64,000 nt of DNA from Tubiluchus corallicola. Its lineage: Eukaryota > Animalia > Priapulida. Shown one piece after another: positions 57,701 through 64,000 of this stretch (position 1 is its first letter; every line of letters begins with the position of its first letter). The stretch is taken from the NCBI GenBank assembly GCA_030141605.1, contig JAQGDQ010000191.1:1-64000 (forward strand), in the 5' to 3' direction. The notes beneath the pieces are model-generated. The model ran no database searches. It was not told the DNA's origin and saw only the letters and a list, made by a program, of their open reading frames with translations. The translations under genes and the position numbers were made by a program.

Positions 57701-60700
57701 AAGTTAATTACCTAGCGCTGCTGACTTGGGAGAACTTATATATTTAATTGAGTTTGCTGATGTGTAATAGCAACGATTGAATAAAGGGTTGGCCACAATA
57801 AACTAACTGAGTTAGCACAACAATAAATAATTTTAAATCAGCGTTGATATTGATTTTTTGCTAATTATTGGATTTCTCTGTAATCGCAGCCTAGAAGAAT
57901 TCCGGTCATCATAATGTCAAAGATAAATTTAAACTTTGTCCTGGGAGTTGAACTCAAGACCTTTCTTTACTTCAATCAAACGTACTAAGCAGTTTCTTGC
58001 CAACTTACGCGCATAAGCTGCACTAGTTTGATCATCATTCAGAAATTTGACAGCATCGCATTTTTCAGTATGATGAATTAGGTGATTATAATTCTTCTAC
58101 TTCAACGACGTTTTGTTAGGCTTTTTAGCGATGTACTGGTTTGAGGTTTTGGTAGTTTGAGAGCCCTACTTAATTCTACACAACAGGGAGCTTCGTCTGA
58201 TAAACTTATTACATGACCAATTTATATATAGTAGTGGTATTGTTTACCCGAGACTTTTGCATCATATCCTAGGTTATTCGGTCAGACTGAAAATTTTTTC
58301 AGGGTATTTGATACACATATTTTCCGGTTAAGTGTTTGATAAGCTGTACTGTTCATCTTTATTCTTATTTTTTTGCACGAGCGTTGCTTGTGTTTTAACA
58401 AATAATGATGAATTAAAAAATTTAAAATAAGAAAAGCCTGGGATTTTTTTACTCCATGGTCACTATTCTTGTCTTTATGTATTAATACATGTATGTGTCA
58501 TTTAGGAAGTGATCGCTTGTTAAATGTTTGTATTTGCCGGTATCTTATTTTAAAAACCAAGTTATGCATTGGAATAAGAGAATTACAACGACGATGATGA
58601 CTGTGGTGATGGAGATGGTGGTGACGATTGTGATCATGATGATACTGATGATAGTATTAAAAGCTAGGTCGTACATTCTTAGAGCTAAAGTATTTAGAGA
58701 CTTGAGTTACTGTAGGCGTCAAGTATATTTTTTGATAGTGATACTGATTTAAAGAGAGATTGTTATAGGTGAAAATGGATGCGATTATTATAAAAGCTTG
58801 TTTGTGCTGCTACAATTACGCTTACTCAAGCAAAAAAACCTTGAAAAATATACATAGATCATATGTATAAAGCATAAACGTATAAGACATAACCCAGAGC
58901 TTTAGATTTTGCTTACAGAAACTTTCTTCGGTGTTTTGCTAACGCTGCTTTGTATATGTAAACTGGATACCAGTTTACTAAGTTTGCTACCATCTTATCA
59001 TCAAAAAACGTTTTTTATAAACAAAATTATAGCTTCAGTGACTAAAAATGAGCAAGGTATTTATTTCAGAACATTAATATGACCATGTCCATGAAGTGCC
59101 TATAAAAAGCAGAAAAAAAGCAAGTTCGTTTGTTACACGTGCGTGTGCCCCTGCTGCTCCTCTCATCACCGCTTTCTATTTTTTCGAGTGGCTCTTTTGT
59201 TTTTGTCTTAACCTCTCTTCTCTTCTCTAACTCCTTCCTTTGTTTTTCTCTCACACTTTTTTCTCTCCTCTTTTCTTTCTGATGTAGAGAACGGTTATGG
59301 CTCAGCTGCAATCCCCAAGCACAAGGTAAATAATAATAACCGATGTAAATAATATATTATATGCTGCTCTGTGTTGTACTCTAATGCTCAAATGTCTTTT
59401 CACAATAATCCCTAGTAGACCTGTCCTTATTTTAGAGTATATTTGTAGAATAGCGTATTTATACACGCGAACATTTTAGCATTGCCGACGGAACGATACT
59501 GAAAAGTCTGATAAAAAGTACTAAAATACCAAAATAGCAGCATTTTTAACAATGTTTGCATCGTGTTTCGCCCTCTATAGATCTTCTTCATGTAGGGACT
59601 ACATTACAACCAAAACATGACTAGTTCACTGTTAAAAATGCATTAATGATCAACAAGAAATCTTTTAAAGACTTACAAATTGCAGAACATTTTAACAGTG
59701 AAGAAATGAATGAGTGCAATGAATATTAATAAATTTTGATGCTGTGAAAATAAGCCATCAACGGGCCAACGTCCATAGCTTCAAAACTCAGAGTCCTGTA
59801 AGCAGGACCTGAGGTAGGCTAATTGATAATTAGAACAATTTTCTTTTTGATCTTTTTTAGTGAATAATGTCTTGTTTTGTCTGCATTGCATAATCAACGT
59901 CTTTGTCGCAATTGTTTTTACCTGATTAAAGTACTTTACCTGATGAAATTACGTATTTGCCATAATTATGATGACAATTCTGTGAGGTAATGTTTAATTC
60001 TTGAACATTTTCTAGATTGTTAGAATTGACACAAAAACTCTCGAGATGCTGCTCTTAAGAACACAAAGAAACACGAAGCGCGAAAAAGATGTTTCCATCT
60101 GCTGTGTTTGCTGTATGATTGTCAGGGACTCAGGGCGCTGACTATAATTGACGCTGCTGTCACTGCTGCTGTGAAACAGTTGAAGCTGATTGATGAACAG
60201 CAGCAACTAAAATGTGTTGTTGTTGATGGATTTTCATCAGGCGCATCTGGTCTAATCAGGTCAAGTTTTATACTTTCTGAGATTCGTGGTGATTGCCTGG
60301 GGCTTTGATGGAAGAAGAATTGATTGCGGCACGCATTACCACGAGCGCACGCGGGGATTCGATAAATTTAGAAGAATTAAATAACGTTTTTCGCAACTTG
60401 CACTGATTTGCGAAATGACAACAAGTATGTAAAGAGTTAGGGAAGCTATTATAACACGTGAGACTCACGTACCCCGTGATTTAACAGAGTAATAGTTCAT
60501 GAAAAAGAAATAAATAGAAAGCTAAAAACGGCTTTCCTTCTGTTTTTAACATAGGTCCTGTTTATGCCGGCATCTTATAGTAATTTTGCCTCTTAAGAAA
60601 ACTTCTGTCACTCATAGATAACTATCGCCATTACGTCGCGACCTATGCGAAGCATATGAGGAAGGTGGAATCGCAGCTGCTAGTTGAAGGCGATCTTGCA

Positions 60701-63700
60701 GCTCAAGAAGTATGGACGTGTAACATGAGCTTACGCGCGCCTAACATTCAGATATTTACTAAAACAAACTAACCAAACATTATGGCTAGTTATCTGAGTG
60801 TATTTTTGACCACGCATGCCAGTACACCGGTTTAGTTTTCCGCTGTTTTTTATTATAGGTCTAGCTGAAGCGGCTTTGTCTGTGCGTATATGTGTAAGCA
60901 CCTTAGGATAGGCTGCACCCTAGGACCCCTCAAGCTTGGGGTCCCATACTTTGCATTGCTGAATAATTCACACAATTTAAAGTAAAATCGCGAGACATTT
61001 CAGATAAGAGCCATGTATTTGAAGCCATTTATTTGAAATATGGGGCCCTCAGCTATGCAAATGTTGCTGAAATATATCACATGTAAAAACATTCGAAACG
61101 AGTGCGAGCAGACTAGAGGGTGGCTCCGTCTGATTCCATTATTTCATTAACTTAGGGGCCCCAAAAAGTCGTAATACGGCCCTGTTTATAATGCAGAATT
61201 ATGGACCTCGTTAGCATGTTTTTATGTAATATAGTGAACTGTATTTCAGTAGTGTTGTTACACGACTTATACTCTTTCACCCAAGCCATAAATTTTTCGT
61301 AAGAATTTCGGTTTTAATAGTGTCATCCAGATTGCCATTGCTTACGTCGATAAACAACATTCTCCGTTAGAAAAATATTGTCACACAATTCTCCATGTAC
61401 ATTTTGTTCTAGACTTGGTGCTTTACGTAAACAACTAAGATAGCTAACGAGAAAGAAGTATCATCTGTTGGTTCCAAATCCGATATTTCTACTTGTATGA
61501 TGGCATTTCATCTTATCAATCATAAAAACTCCATCTTGCTACCTTGTGAAAAACTTTTTTAATGTCCTTTTGCCCATTACAGTGATAAATGCCTATTATA
61601 AAAAACTCGTTTCTGTTTATTAAAACATTACAATTTACAAATTTCGCGGGTGTGCTATGGGAAGTGAGGATATGACGCCACTTTTCACCTCTTGAGGAAA
61701 CCGTTTGAGAGTTTCACAGCGACTCTCACATTGAAGCCAGGTCTTGGCAGATTGGGAGCCCGCATACGTCGAGATAGGTGCAAAGCCTAATTACTTAATT
61801 ACTACTGAACTAGGTATATGTACTACAGTTCAAGGATTTACTGAAAATGTTCTAATTCTGAGAAGGACTTGCGGTTGCGTGTAACTAAATTTATTCTTAG
61901 TTTTATTTTGTTTCTTTATTTCAGGTTTTCTCGTATAGAACATAAGAATGTCATCCTAGTTTAGGTTATAAGAAAGAATGTTATAAGGGCTGGTACGAGG
62001 TGCAGCTGATCTTGTTGCGAGAGAACAGTTTTAGTTCCAACTGTGCAAGAAAGAACTGTAACTATACGGTTTATAACAAAGAATTATCATTTATGAAGAA
62101 AATCGAAGTATTTTTTCCTTGCCTGTTTTTGGAAATCAGGATACTGTAATGATTTGCCGGTTAGGGGCTTTAAAACCCTTGGAGAAGTGGGTAACGGATA
62201 AGCTAGAGTTGAGTACAGTTAGACCATGATCGACAATGGATTGACTATTGATCATACCGCTCACCTAACAATGAAGTTCTTTTATTTACAGTAATTGGTT
62301 GCTGAAAAACGGGAGTGCAGTAAAAATCCTTGTAAGATATGGATGTATTTTTAGTGGAGGAGAAACATTTGCATGTTAAGCGTCTGGCAATCTGCATTAT
62401 TACTTTCTGATACAGATTTAGCACAGATGTTTCTGAAATGGTCCAAATCCGCGATAATCCCAGGACCTAGGCAGACATAAGAAAAGAAGACCCGAATCGA
62501 ACGCCTGAACTATTAAATGCATTTGACCTCGTTTTATACAGCAATCTTAAAACTAGCGTTTGATTCGTAGATTAGATTTTGCTTAAGATGTATATTCCTG
62601 TTCATTGATATGCAAGATCATCGTAGAAATTAAGTAACCAAAATCTAGTGGCTTCTTGACTCGCCCTTAATCTGTATAGAGCTTCACTTGGCTTTCCAGG
62701 TTATCAGTTCAATTGTCACGGTCTGAGTGTTAAAATCTCCGATCCTCTTACAAGCTTAAGCCCTCTTTTGCTAAAGTCCATGGTAAATAAGAGTTGGTAC
62801 AGCTGGCGTGAGGAGAATCATGACAAGATAGATGATAGAATCACATGTTAAATATGCAAACGAAACCTTATGGCTGAAAAAAATGCACAAGAAACCATTT
62901 AATAATAGGCGAAAACTTACCTGCCTTAATAGTTTTGCAGTTTTTCGTTGAAAACTATATAGCAATTCTTATTGGATGTAAAGGAAATCTTTAGTTTTAT
63001 TACCACTCTGAAACTCCAACATGTTGTTGTTTAACTATGATATTCAGACCTAAAACGCTTTTTTTAAATCTCGTGTAGATTATAAATGGGTTATCGAATT
63101 TGAATGTACTGAATGTAATTTACAGCGCACATATGTTTAGTCAAGTTATTCGTTAACGTTACGTAATTATTAATAGCCCCATAGTGAATTATTATAATCA
63201 TGTCAGGAACTTTTCTTTTTTTAAACTCCTGTGTATTTTCATCAGGGACAATGAGACACGCGAAGTAAAATGATACGTAATTAGTAGAGAGATTAAACTG
63301 GTTGCACCCGGTAATGTTTATTTTTATTTGTGAGCCTAAAAGATAAAATCTGTTACTGCGCAGAGGAACGTCTGTTACTGCGTCAACACATAGGACATCA
63401 AATTTCGAAAATTCTTCAGAATGATTTAATAGTACTCGTGATACAAATGCCGTTACATTTCAAATAATGACAATTATTGCTAATAACTTAGCAGTTAAGT
63501 TAATTTTCAAAATGTTTAGAAGATTTTGTAGGGAAGTAACCAAGCTGCAAATTCTGTGTTAAGTGTATTAATGTGTTAAATTTCGCATGAATTTGGTTTA
63601 AAATGGTTTGCTTCTGTTGCTGCCATGATTTGCCTTGGCCTGTTTTAACAAGTGCATGACTTTTAATATAGCTAATACACCACTTTCACTCTACCTGCAC

Positions 63701-64000
63701 TTTCTTGTAAAGATTATATCTATTTGCTTGCATATATTAAGTAGCTCTGGTAATTACTTGTGTATTTATCATTTTTGCATTATTTGCTACGTATTTGCCA
63801 ATAAAGATTAGTAAAAAGAGTTTTTATGCATTTTTATGAATTTGATTATTAAAATACATAATTACAAGTACACGATGTTTCTGATTCTCATTTCACGTCA
63901 TTGTTCGTATAATGTGTACAAAATATTAAATTTGTTTGTCATTAGGGTTAGAATAAGTGTTAGTAATTGGGTAATCATTATAGACATCATTGCTCAAGCT

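Noticed and set aside
49877-64000. Second K2P exon (expected to resume ..GYG) and other short ORFs
   Set aside because: Candidate acceptors (e.g. ~55389, ~61924) lead quickly to stops. The region appears intronic with low-complexity tracts (58580-58650, 59190-59280), though a small exon could have been missed.

Overview
AT-rich, repeat-rich animal (probably invertebrate) genomic DNA; the species cannot be determined from the sequence. Left to right: (1) a minisatellite-like C2H2 zinc-finger exon (minus strand) with a decayed tail; (2) a nest of Helitron-like elements, hAT-type MITEs and SINEs; (3) an uninterrupted 967-aa ORF fusing about 12 ankyrin repeats to a cGAS/Mab-21-like nucleotidyltransferase (cGLR) with its catalytic motifs intact, the most interesting gene here; (4) a ~19 kb imperfect palindrome (arms ~13.2-19.9 kb and ~24.2-32.5 kb) carrying two head-to-head copies of a 14-finger C2H2 gene around a probable bidirectional promoter; (5) an apparently full-length RTE-clade LINE at the outer palindrome boundary, with a candidate HDV-like ribozyme at its 5' end; (6) an LTR-like segment; (7) the first coding exon of a two-pore (K2P) potassium channel followed by a long intron. 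All calls were made by eye from motifs and self-comparison. No database searches were run, and repeat boundaries are approximate.
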